From positions 1 through 64,000 of the forward strand of contig BCIN01000003.1 in the NCBI GenBank assembly GCA_039545335.1: a stretch of DNA of 64,000 nt, read 5' to 3'. Origin of the DNA: Kondoa subrosea (taxonomy: Eukaryota). The translations under genes were made by a program, and so were the position numbers. Positions 36,320 to 48,407 of the stretch are shown here, piece after piece (positions within the stretch are counted from its first letter, which is position 1; every line of letters begins with the position of its first letter). A model generated the notes under the pieces. That model saw only the letters and a program-made list of their open reading frames with translations, ran no database searches and was not told the origin of the DNA.

Positions 36320-37359
36320 ATGCGGTATTCGGAGCACAATGACCGGTCCTGGCTATCTACGTTTATCTTTCGTTTCTTGATGCCCCTGTATAAAAGAGTG
36401 CGAGGTGCTCAAGCTGGAAAAATCACGCCTGAAGGTTCTTTGAGACTGGAAATACCAAAGGGAATGGGGAAAGATTTCGTTGTGACTGAGCGCAAGGTGG
36501 AGAATGTATGGACGTACGAAGTAGTAAGGAAGGATATGACAAGGTCGCCCAAAAAACGAGTATTATAGTGCGTTTTATGCTGCCAAATTGTTCATGATGC
36601 TGACACTTAAGACAGTTACCCAGGCGGAGCATTCATCTTTCCAACTACTCCGTTCCATTGGCGTATCGTCAAGAAGATCTGCCTTACTTCCGCCGACACA
36701 CAGGTCACGATCATTTCTTATCCTCTTGCACCGAAGAATCCAGGCAGCAAATCTTTCCCTCAGCTAGTGGATGTATACAAGATACTCTCGAAAGAAGCAG
36801 CAAGCTTGCAGCAAGAACTAGTAATGGCTGGAGACTCAGCCGGAGCCTGTTTAGCACTTTCTATACCTCTTCATGTTCTCGCGACCGAACCCTCTTCTCC
36901 TACTGCGCTAACGAAAATTGTCTTGACTGTACCTGCCTGTACGCCTGAAATTGATCTGATCAGGGAAACTGCAAAGAAAGATAATGTCTTGACGATTGAG
37001 TTGTTTGAAAGGGTTCAAAGAGAATGGTTTGCTGATTGGGTGAGTTATTTGCCTGTGTTACAGACGTTTGGTCATCATATGCTCCTGGTGAACAGTCTAT
37101 ACAAGATCCTAGACTAGCACCTCTATATGCCGACGTCTCTGTATTGAAGAAATATAATGTCAAACTCTACTTGGCTGTTTCTGGATTGGACTGCTGCGCT
37201 CCTGGAGCATTCTTGCTGAAGAAGAAGTTAGATGAAGCACAAGTCGATGGGGAATTCAGCTATTGGCCAAAACAGATTCATCTTTCACCTTTCTTGTTTG
37301 GTTTGGGTGTCTTTCCAGACTGCACGAAGATGGCGAACCGAATTTTGAGCTACTACTGA
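36320..37359 (+). CDS. Alpha/beta hydrolase, HSL-type esterase/lipase
   Basis: PGGAF oxyanion motif, YPLAP, nucleophile motif GDSAG, and a C-terminal Asp and His (GLD..QIH). Confidence 0.85.
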
Positions 37360-37526
37360 AGAAAGGTTGAAGCTATTGAATGAGGCTTGGTCTCTCTCTT
37401 TAGATGCTGTGACTTTCAAGGATCAGATTGTCGAAATGTGCTATGAACCCGTGTAAATTTAGTGTGCACATAACACACCATGTTAGCCTCATAACAATGA
37501 TAGCCATTTTTGTAAGATGAGTTTAT

Positions 37527-37577
37527 CACGTTGATGTCTCTGATCCGTTTATGCCTGTTTTCTCTCCTGCGCACGTT
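37527..37577 (+). promoter_or_regulatory. Two CACGTT (Pho4-type) boxes upstream of VTC4
   Basis: CACGTT at 37527-37532 and 37572-37577, within 215 nt of the VTC4 ATG. Confidence 0.5.
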
Positions 37578-37739
37578 TCACGTCAAACACCAAGTGCCAG
37601 ATCTCGCTTCAATATAGGACACAGCAAGACTGTGCTGCTTTACTTGACTCTGATCTGCTATTCCGTAATCTTCTGGTGATTGAGAAGCGCCTGTTGCCCA
37701 GAACTTGGATTTCTTTCAACTTGTGTTCTATAAGCATCA

Positions 37740-40700
37740 ATGAAGTTTGGCGCAAGGTCAGTAGTTCATGTCTGTACATCTGAGAATAGCTATTGATCTG
37801 TGTGACTGCTGCCGTCAACAGAATCAAAGAGGACCTCTATTCAGGTTAGATCATCTCCCTCCTGTTTAACCAATCCTGCAATTGAAGCTCAATACCCTAT
37901 TGTGCAGAATGGGCTCGCAATTACATTGATTATTCCGGACTAAAGAAGGAGCTCAAGTCCCGGCAGACTGGATCAGACACTTCGAAAGAATGGGATGATG
38001 TTGATGAATCTCATTTCCTGAAGCGTTTGCAAGAAGAACTCAACAAAGTCTACAATTTCCAAGAATCCAAGATTCATGACATTTTTGAACAATTGTCCTT
38101 ATACGATGATACAGTTCAAGAACTCATGACTTCCAAGCAAAAGACAGCTAAAGATGAAGAACATCAAGCTAATGGTGGACGTACTTCTCATGATCATGAC
38201 TCGGACGACGATGACGAGGATGAAGAGGATGCAGCAATGGAAGCTGAAATCGAAGCGAAATTTGAAGAGATTGAAGCAGATTTGGAAATCTTAATAGCAG
38301 ACGTGCATGATCTGTCCAAGTTTACCCATCTCAATTATACTGGATTTATGAAGATCACAAAGGTGAGCAGTTGTATAGGCCATGTGCACGCTTTGATGCT
38401 TATGGTCTTTCGTATCGCACAGAAACACGATGTAAGATTCAGCAGATTTGATTGGCCTGTACTCACCCCGGTTGGCAGAAACGTACTGGATTCCCTCTCA
38501 AAGCTGAATTCATGCAAACCTATCTCGACAAATTGCCTTTCCACAAAGAGCAATGTATGTGTTCGTGTTACTTTGATAGGGCAACACTAACGCTCACACA
38601 GATGATGAACTGATCATCGAATTGTCCAAGCTATACAATCTAGTCCGAACAAGAGGTAACCCAGTTATTGGAGATTCAGCAGCTGGAGGTGGTCAAAGTG
38701 ATTTCGTCAGGCAAACTACGAAATACTGGGTGTGTGAAATGATTCTCTGCTGACCTCAGCTCAGACAAATCCTTTTCCACACAGGTGCATCCGGATAACA
38801 TGATGTACGTTCTGAGAAAAGGAGGAAATGTTGCGCTTATACCCCTTTCAGTGCTCTTAAACTCGCCATTCTCAAACATCTACCTGTACTAGGTACTTCA
38901 CTTTGGCTCGAGAAACGATAGTGCTAATCATATCCATATAGTATTCGACCCGGATAAAGATTGGGATCCAGAAGACGCAGCTATCACTTCCATCTATTTC
39001 GACAACGAAGAACTAGATCTCTATCTCGGTCGATTAGAAAAGACTGAAGGGGCTCAAGCTATTCGATTGCGATGGTACGGAGGAATGGGCGTGAAACAAG
39101 TGTTTGTCGAAAGGAAGACTCATCGAGAGGATTGGACTGGTGAGAAGAGTGTGAAAGCCCGATTCCCTATCAAAGAAGATCAAGTCAACAAATATTTGAC
39201 CGGAGATCTGGATATGGGTCCGATCTTTGAAACGGAGGGAAAGAAAAAGGGCAAGAAGCAGTCGGATATCGATAATAATACTAAGTTGGCTCGAGAAGTG
39301 CAGGAAGCTATCAAAGAGAAGCATCTGCAGCCTGGTAAGACGATTTTCATCAATGGTGTACATCTTTAGCTGAATGCATGTTTTGCAGTAATGCGTACTT
39401 TCTACAATCGAACTGCTTTTCAACTCCCAGGCGATGCTCGTGTCCGAATATCGCTCGATACTAATCTCACTCTAGTTCGTGAAGATAACTGGGATGGTCG
39501 ATCGAAATCTGGCAACAATTGGAGACGAATGGATATTGGTGTTGATTTCCCTTTCGATCAACTCAAACCTGAAGATATACACCGATTCCCTTATGGTGTC
39601 CTGGAAGTCAAATTACAAACTCAAGCTGGTCAACAACCGCCAGAATGGGCTAAAGAGCTAGTCTCAAGTCATCTGGTAGGCTGATCTTTACTTAAGGCAT
39701 ATATTCTGCTTATCGTATTGGTTTTTTGCCTACAGGTCGAAGCTGTGCCAAAGTTCTCCAAATTCATCCACGGTTGCGCATCACTTTTGAGCGAACGTGT
39801 TCCTCTTGTACCTTTCTGGCTACCTCAAATGGACGTATCTATTCTCAAACCTCAATCCGCATCAAAGAAAGCAGCCATCATCACTCGACCGCAAGGTTCA
39901 GATCGGCCCTCTGCAACTGTGTCATCTACTTCTACACCTGCAGCTAAAACACCTGAAGAAGGTCGAAGTGCGCTCAACTACACTGAACCGCTTTCAGACG
40001 ACGAAGATGATCCAGCTGAAGATGATGGTCAAATGAGGGCGATAGGCAAGAATGAAGGCTTGATCGCTGGGCTACCTGCAGACATGGCGCAAGAAGCTAA
40101 AGAAGCTCGGGCGAAAAAAGAGTTGGAAGATCGGGAACCTCCTTCTTCTGAGAACGGTCCTGTCAATCATGCGCCGTCTTCAGCTGGGAACCAAAACTTT
40201 GCTAAACTCACACCTCAAAACTTGGAACGACTGCTTAAAGCTAAATATGAGAATGATGCTCAAGCGAAGAAAGATATCACAGCGCAAGATCCGGAAACTG
40301 GAGCTCCTGCTGATCCTCATGCAAGTGGAGTGACGCTGAATGCGACAGAATATGTCGAACGATTCCGCGCACCTAAAGGCAAACTCGTTTCTGTTCCTAT
40401 TCGGATTGAGCCAAAAGTCTACTTTGCAAATGGTCAGTGGTGCAATTTGATCATTTCAGTTTAGTTCTGATGGGTTCGATTTCTACCATGACAGAACGTA
40501 CATTTTTGGCTTGGGTCGAATTCTCGGTTCTGCTTTCAGCCATTGGCATCGGTTTGATGAACTTTACACCTAAAAGAGATGCAGCTGGTCTAGCTGCTGG
40601 TATCTCCTTCACCATTGTTGCTCTGTTGTGTATAGCATATGCGGGAGCTCGTTTCGTTTGGCGGGCACTGAAGATCAGGTACGTTCTTTCGCTGTCCAGT

Positions 40701-40905
40701 GACAGAGAGGCTAAATGACATGCCAGGAAACGTCAAGGAGTCAAGTATCACGACGCTTATGGGCCTACAGTGCTGTGTGCTATGCTACTTCTCGCTGTAG
40801 TATTGAATTTCGTAAGCGGTTTTGCCTCGATATAGGCTGATCATCTGAGATTCGTAAATATAGATCTGGAGAGCCAAAGAGGGACCATCGCATGCTCGTA
40901 ATTAG
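37740..40905 (+). CDS. VTC4: Vacuolar polyphosphate polymerase Vtc4
   Basis: SPX domain ([27 protein letters not shown]), VTC domain ([43 protein letters not shown]) and DUF202 TM region ([13 protein letters not shown]). Confidence 0.97.
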
Positions 40906-41174
40906 ATAGAAGAGGACGCATCTTCACATGTACAGTGATGCCACTGCAATTTCAACACACGGATTCCTCTTACATCGTGGTTGCCGCGGTCGATGTGACA
41001 GACTCATACCACGCATACGAATTGGTAATCAAATCCGAAGGCGGACTAAGTCTTCGCAAAATTGGGCAAAGAGGCAACAAAGGGCATCAGAGCAAGAGAA
41101 AGTTGCTTTCTCGTTAAAGCAATGTCGGAAATACGGATCTCGTACATTATCTGACTCGAATGATCATATTGCGT

Positions 41175-41525
41175 TTATACATTCACGCCCTGCCCGGCCT
41201 CTTCTGAATGCATTGGTCTGTTTCTGCTGCTTCTTCTTCTTCTGATCAAGTAGAAGACAAGGATGCCGAGGAGGATCAAAGAGATGACACCGACCGGTAT
41301 GCCGATAGCGAGGGCCTTATACTCGCTGAAAGATTGGAGCTTAGCATCGAATCTCTCAAATCGGAAGGACGAGTCTTACCCGTCGGAAAAGCATTTCTGG
41401 GTGAAGTCATTCATACGTTTGCAAGAATTGTCATTGTCGTTGCCGTCGTAAACAAAATTGGAGGAAGGATTCGCGGTACCGTTCGCAGAAGGGGCTAGAG
41501 TTATAATTGCGTAAACAGAAGTCAT
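41175..41525 (-). CDS. Small (about 97 aa) single-TM protein of unknown function
   Basis: MTSVYAII..NSCKRMNDFTQKCFSDG|EYKALAIGIPVGVISLILLGILVFYLIRRRSS...stop. Canonical GTAAG/GCTAA/CAG intron; TM followed by basic residues. The start might lie further upstream in frame. Confidence 0.65.
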
Positions 41526-41864
41526 GAAGTGGGAATCAGACAGGACCAGCCCGTAAGTTATAAGGAAAGACTGCAAGAAAGAAGAGATTGGGAAGGAGAA
41601 GAAGGAGAGAAATTCCAAAGACGAGAGAAAGAGGCTGCGTCCAGCTGTAGCATCGCCTGGACATCTAGCCATATGAATAGATCTATTGAGTAGCCAGGCG
41701 TTATGAGAAGACATAGTTCCTCGCAAATGAAAGCCTGGTAGCGGAAGACTCCTGATGACGCTCGATTTCAACTTTCAAATGTTGAGTTTTTGTCAAGATC
41801 CAGTCGCTTCTCCTTTGTCGAATAGCTTTCGTCCACAGTTGGTCACAGATAGGCAGCAACAGAT

Positions 41865-42358
41865 ATGCAAAGAGCAGCCAAAGCGTGTCAGAAGTGTGGT
41901 CGGGAGATAACCTGGAGAAAATCAATGGAACGCAATTGGAGCGAAATCAAGTCAGTCCTATGACTCAGCGTTCCACCACTCTAATTAATGGCTACCCTAG
42001 ATATTGCTCTGATAAATGCAAGAAGCACCGTCTAAAACCTTTTGATGCCAAAATCGAAACTACAATGATGACTATGCTGTCTGATGCTAAACCGTCTATG
42101 ATCACTTGCGAACAAGTACAAGAAGCTTTTGATTCTCTGCCAAAACCTTCAGATCAGCCTGTTGAGAATCTGACAGAAGAATCGGCGAATCCACAATTAG
42201 CAGGACAGCAAGCTGCTGAACGGAGAGAAAGGTTTCGCCAGGCTGCGAGAAGATTAGCGAATCAAGGGAAACTTGAAGTGGTACAAGATGGTCAGGTTGT
42301 CGAACCGAGTCGAGCGAAAGGTGTGATGGAATTGAGATTGGTTGATGGAACGGCATGA
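41865..42358 (+). CDS. DUF2256 (CxxC..WRK..YCS..C) plus DUF3253 fusion protein
   Basis: MQRAAKACQKCGREITWRKSMERNWSEIK|YCSDKCKK after intron 41951-42000, then RQAARRLANQGKLEVVQDGQVVEPSRAKGVMELRL. Confidence 0.8.
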
Positions 42359-42655
42359 AGGGTTAACGAGAGCAAGCGAGAATTATGCTCATCATGCAAG
42401 CAACAAGGAACAGAGCAAGAAGATCTTTTACAAAAGATAGCACGTTGCAATCAGATGGAAGAGATCAGGTATCCGTATGTAAGGCGGAAGAAAGCGCTTG
42501 ATTAGCACAAGGGAACGCCCTGCCAAAGCTTTGCAACACAGCAAATCCGAACAGGCCGCGGAAGAAAGCAGGAGCGCAAAGGCAAGATTAAGCTGTAAAG
42601 AACGATGTACGAAACAGAATGACGAAAACTGTACAAATGACCTTACATATATATA

Positions 42656-43565
42656 TCACTTATGCCCCGAACCTATTCTTGCAAGGCTGTCTTCAGAGCT
42701 CTCTTGCTCTTCTATTGCATCTGACTGCGTTACCTGGACCGGCCTATTAGCCTCGAGATATAATAGGCGAATCGAGCACCTACTGCTCTCAGCACTGCCT
42801 TTTTACTCGACTCCTGCATCTCGCCCGCCATTATCAGCTCGTCCAGTATCTATTACCCGTGTCAAATAAGTTGCCAGCCAGCATGAAAGGGACCTACTCC
42901 ATAGGCTTTCTGGAAGTTGAAGATACTGTATATGCATTAGAAAATCGTCATGTATCTGCTAAGATATAAGAGCACTCACAGATCCAGCTCGCAGACCTAG
43001 GGATTGGCTCAACGGGTTAGAATGGTGAAGCTGATCCCTGAACTTACATTGCCAAAGTAGCGGTCCAAAACCTGTGAGAGACCACAAACCGTTTGAGCGT
43101 GCACTACGCATAGGAATTTCATCTTCTCACCTCAACATAGCGATGAATAATCTCCAGCGTGATCAACTCGTTGTCTTCCGCTCCAATTCCAGTCACAAAG
43201 AACAAGCTAGCATATCTTCTATAGACCACTTTCGAGTCTGCATGTAGCACGCATATACCTTATAAGCCAATACTATAGGCAGGACAGAGCGTTGTACCTT
43301 TGTATTCCAAGAAATTACACATTCGCGTTCTTCGAGCCAAAACGAGTTGTGTCACATCTTTGACGATCTTGGTCTTCTGTTTAGCAGCCATAGTCACGAA
43401 CCATTTAGCCAGTCGGACTTTGCTGTAAGCATCACACCCTCCTAAGCTGTTATACGCTTGGAAGGTTGCTTTCACTTACCCTTGCCGCGAAACGAGCAAG
43501 ACATATTCAATCTGCACATGTTCCATCAGTCCAGTCGTAGCAAGACTCAGGTTACGGACCGGCAT
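42656..43565 (-). CDS. APS1: AP-1 adaptor complex sigma subunit
   Basis: [47 protein letters not shown] and [23 protein letters not shown]. Confidence 0.93.
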
Positions 43566-43741
43566 GTCTGAGAATGCAAGCGCTCGAGTGGTGTCAACAG
43601 AATAAGCAAGTCAAATTCGATGTCAATATTGCACGTCAAGCAAGTGACTGCAAGTGAGCGGGCACAAGTATTCTATTGCTTCCGACAGATCTATTCTCTT
43701 TCCATATACGGCCTTTTCCTGTCCCCGTTCTTCTTCTCCAG

Positions 43742-46039
43742 CTAGATTTGATAAACATAAGTAGGATCTCTATCTCCCATTCGTCTCCTTTGTTCTCTAG
43801 CTTCGGATATGTCTAGTAAAGCAGCAGCCTTCTCATCTTGACGTTCATTAGCGAGTAAAGCAGCGCGTTTCTTGTTCTGTCGGTCAAGCGAAAGCCATCT
43901 AAAACAATAATTCAGCGCCTCATAGAAAGATGGGGGATGCATAGACACTTACAGAATCAGAGCGATGAGAGATCCCAAGATAATGTATCCCATAGCAATG
44001 AAGTGAGCTAGACAGATTGAAGTCAACGTCTGTACTTGATGCACGCAAAACGATTGTACTCACCTTTCCGAAAGTGATTTGCAGAGTAAGCAGGTCGATA
44101 TATGAGTACAGCAGCTGTTAGTAGACTGGTTAAATCGAAACGCCCTCCGATTATATGAATTAGACTTACTGATAGCACCGCAATTGCCCTAAGTCCAACA
44201 TCAGAATGTCATTCTATGTGCGATTTATGAGACACTCACTATTCCAATCTGCATCGCAAGTGCTGTTGCTCTTTTAGTCTGATTCGATACGTTCTCTCTA
44301 TATTTTATGTCAGCCATAGTCCGTTGAAACCAAAGGGAAACTTACGAAGGCCAAGACAGTACAAGCGCATTACCAGAATAGATCCCACCAATAACGAAGA
44401 AAAGACCAACGTAAGAAGGTCCAGGTCGGGTGTCGGTAATGAGCAGAATATAACCAACAACGATTGCCATATCCCCTAGAATGATGAACGGCGCTCTTCT
44501 TTTGACTTTGTACGATACGTAGGCCATGGACATTGTGATGAGGAAAGCGACAGCGTACTTTACGCAGTCATCAGAATGAGCCCGTAGTACAGTATCAATA
44601 TGCAGTCCGGACGCACAGGCGGAGCAGACATCAATTGAGCTTTCCAGGTCTTATAACCGAGACCAGCAATGATTGTTGGGCTGGAAATGAATGATTCGGC
44701 TCAGACAAGGAAATCTAGTCGGATTGCTTACCTGAACAGACTGATGCTGTATAAAACGAAAGAATGGCAATGATACAGCAAAGCTAAATGAAAAAGGTTA
44801 GTCTAATGGATCGTGATTACAGGATAATATACTCACAGTATAGCCAGCAAAAGGGATCTTCGAATGCTTGGAAAACACCATCCCAATTGAATGATTCAAC
44901 TACCGCATCGTTATCTTCGGATAACATCTCCACAAGATGCTCCTTCTCTTCTGTACGGAGAAACTTCGATTTGGCGATGCTTGCTGGAACGAACCAATAT
45001 GAAATGACGGCGGCAACCAGCGTGATCAGAGCTTCAATCATGACTGCACTCGGAATTAGGGCAACTTCTCTTAGTAGGTAAGAGTGAAGCACAAATCCAG
45101 AACCTATGAGCATGCTGTCAGTGCAAAGGACTTTGCAGACGACTGAAGTTAACATACCACCCAGGCTTTCCTCCAACACCGCGCATTTGACCTAACCCGT
45201 ATGCCTACACAAAGAGACATGAGATTGGATAACAGCAAGACGATATAAGCGTACCAGTAAGCCTCCAAAGGCACCCGCAAGAGCCTGACAATAGAAGTCA
45301 ACGAATCGTAAATTGGCGTTCAGCAAGAACAAACAGCTCCGCTCTGTGTAAAACTTTAGCTGCGAAGAGCTTGCATATAAAGATCACATACAAAGAACAA
45401 GGCAACTCTGAAATGTCTTAGATGTCGAGGATAGAAAAGGCTGAACAAGAAAACACAACCAGGGAACACTAACCATCATGATTAGCGATTCCTGGGTATA
45501 TTATACGATACGACCTACAGCCAGCTTCTGTTACTCCCAAGAACACTCGGACAATATAAAGTCCGGTCTGGTTGACCACAAGAGCTTGACAGACGGATAC
45601 AATCGACCATGCTACTGCTAAGCTGGGTAGCCAGATCTGAGGATTGAGTCTCTTAAGAATCAATTGCGAGGGGACTTCTGCCAACACGTAACCGACAAAG
45701 AAGAGCGCAAGCGAAGTGTTGTAGTTTGCGCCTACGATGTGTAGATCTTTAGTAAGGCCTTCTATCTTTGCATTTCCGATATTGGAGCGGTCGAGCTACA
45801 ACGTATGATCAGTTCCGTATACAGCAGGGAAGAGAAGCACTCACAAAAGATAGCAGATCTAGAGCAAAGATGAGTCAGTTTGGCTCAGGTGGAGAATCGT
45901 CTATCATACAAAGAAGGGACAGAATAGGGAGGACATTGAGGTCAATCTTGCGCAAGAGCTTCGCATCAGACACGCTGCTGCGCGAGAAGCTGACAGGCTG
46001 AACATCTGTAATAGAATCAGAGCTAGATGTTTTGCTCAT
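43742..46039 (-). CDS. MFS transporter of the DAL5/TNA1/SOA1 (anion:cation symporter) family
   Basis: LLRKIDLNVLPIL, DRSNIGNA, EVPSQL, RVFLGVTEAG, ALAGAFGGLLAYG, WKAQLMSAPPY and GDRDPTYVY. Confidence 0.93.
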
Positions 46040-46318
46040 TTTTGCGCAATTGCACAATGAGATGGGAGTGAGATGAGAGTAAGAAGAAGAGGAAGAACCA
46101 AGTATAATTAGCTATGGAAAGCACGTTTAAGCATGGCGTGCGATAGAGTCGACATTAGCCGTCGAGCACGCAATAAGAGGAAATGATGATAAGCGATACG
46201 TTTCTGCTGGAGTGAGAACTCCAACGACGTGATCCACCATCAACCACTCCCCATATCGTATCGTTGCAGATTGCATTTCATTGATTCAAAACTACCCCGC
46301 ATTTTTCCAAAACTTGAA

Positions 46319-48075
46319 ATGGTTAATGCTCCTTTCATCAACGGAAAAGATCATAGTAACAATGGCGACTTGACTTCTGGGCAATTTCCACCGCTCTTTG
46401 ATAAGATCAAGACAGATTTGTGAAGCCACTCCGTTGACGAGAACATCTGGCATAAGATTCTGACTTTTGCCTTGCAACAGGCCATCATTCCCAACGAGCA
46501 TTCAAGGGCCGACAGTTTGGCGTAAAGAAGACTATGTACATGCACCTGACAAATGGATTCATCGGTGGACAGCAGAAGAGGTATAAATTCCCCTGGCCAA
46601 TATTTGAAAAAAAGGCTTGAATTGACTTCTTTTGAGCACAGATTGCGGATCTCAGCAGAGCAGCTGATGAATTTGCTGCCCGTGGACTCTCGTTGACGCA
46701 AATCAGTAGAGAGAACTTCGTTTTGGGTCAAAAGCTTGCAACAAGATTAGAAAGTACTCGACAAGATCTTATTCATGGCAAAGGCTTTGCTCTCTTCAAG
46801 GGCTTTCCTACGACGGAATGGAGCGTCGAGAAGATCGCTACGGCTTATACAGGCTTAGGCTCTTATTTGGGCGAGTTTCTGTCTCAGAATGGCAAAGGTG
46901 TGCTCTTGTCTCATCAGTAGTCTTTACTTCGGCTTATGTTTGTCGAACAGGACACATCCTTGGTCACGTTAAGGAGTACGTTCAGTCTTTTCTGGCTCCA
47001 AGAATACTACCGATTGCTTACAACAGTCTGGGCAACGATCCTACGCAAATCGACAAGGTTCGTATCTACTCAACGAACGCCAAACAATTCTTCCAGTGAG
47101 TCGAGTTCTGGCTTCTGACAACATGCTGATTTAGGTTACCAGTGTCGACGATGCTGATATTATTGGTCTTCTCTGTCTTCATCGTGCGAAAGAAGGGGGC
47201 GAGTCAGATATCCTATCCTCCCACCACTTGTACAACATATTGCAAAAAGAAAGACCAGATGTTTTAGAAACCCTTATCACTCCCAATTGGTATTGGGACA
47301 GGAAAGGAGAGGTTTCCGAAGGTCAAGAACCGTACTGTCTGTTTCCTTGCCTTTTTGATATGAGTGAAACAAGCTGAAATCATGTGTGAATAGACAAAGC
47401 CGCTATTATATACAACTACGAAGGTCACATCATCTTGAAGTCAGTTCTGTCCTGTTCTTTGCGTTGTCCTATTAATGATTCTAAACCGTAGATGGGATCC
47501 ATATTTCGTTGCAAGTCTGCCAGCGATTTGCAATCACACCATTTGCTGACTCAGTCTAACATAACAGAGGTCACTCAAGCGTTTCTCCGACACTGGAGAA
47601 ATCCCGCCTCTATCTGAGAAACAGCTCGAGGCCATGAATGTCTTGGAAGAGATTGCAAACAGAGAAGCATTACATATGGTTCTCGAAGTAAATCGCTTTT
47701 CCCTCGTGTATACACTGCATTGGAGCTAAAACGGATGAAAACAGGTTGGCGATATTCAATTAGTCAGCGGAACATTTGTGCTTCATGCTCGAACAGCTTA
47801 TATCGATCATCTACCACCTGCGCCCAAAAGACAGCTGATGAGGTTGTGGTTATCTACACCTGAGAGTGAAGGTGGTTGGAAGTTGCCTTTCCATGGTCAG
47901 TAGTCCCAACTTCGCCCAAGATTAGTAAGCATGCTCAATCTAACTGAAAAGATTCGCACAAGAAAAGAAGAGGCGGTATTCAAGTCAATCAGAATCCTCA
48001 CAGTGAGTCTGATAGCTGCCCACCTACACGGAATGCCGATGCCATTCGACAGCTTCACCGCTTGATGCTGAATGA
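46319..48075 (+). CDS. TauD/TfdA (clavaminate-synthase-like) Fe(II)/2-oxoglutarate dioxygenase
   Basis: GKGFALFKG, SQNGKG|HILGHV, RIYSTNAKQFFH|VD (HxD), GLLCL..AKEGGES, WDRKGE, VLHARTAY and RQLMRLWL. Confidence 0.9.
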
Positions 48076-48208
48076 GGGGAAACTGGGACTGGCTTCCCTT
48101 AGTTGCTTAGCAAATGTAATACATATGAAGTGACACTATCTTTGACACTCGTCTAGTCATCAGTCGCCTATCAGTGCTAGCTGAGTAATCAGTTTTTCGC
48201 CAGAACAA

Positions 48209-48218
48209 GTCACGTGAC
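48209..48218. promoter_or_regulatory. Palindromic GTCACGTGAC (Cbf1/CDEI-type bHLH site) upstream of MET30
   Basis: Perfect 10-bp palindrome about 190 nt upstream of ATG 48408. Confidence 0.5.
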
Positions 48219-48407
48219 CTGCATGACTTCGACATGTTTCGACTTCTTGCGCCTTCATTTTCTCTTCCTCTTTCTGAAACCAGCACTTCATTGAGCTGAC
48301 TCAATCCATCTTGGACACTCTCAGCAGTAGTCACTACAGTCCTTGAGCCTGTATACACTGCTTATCTTGGAAGACTCTCACAACATTGCCGCTCCCTTCT
48401 TCAAGGA

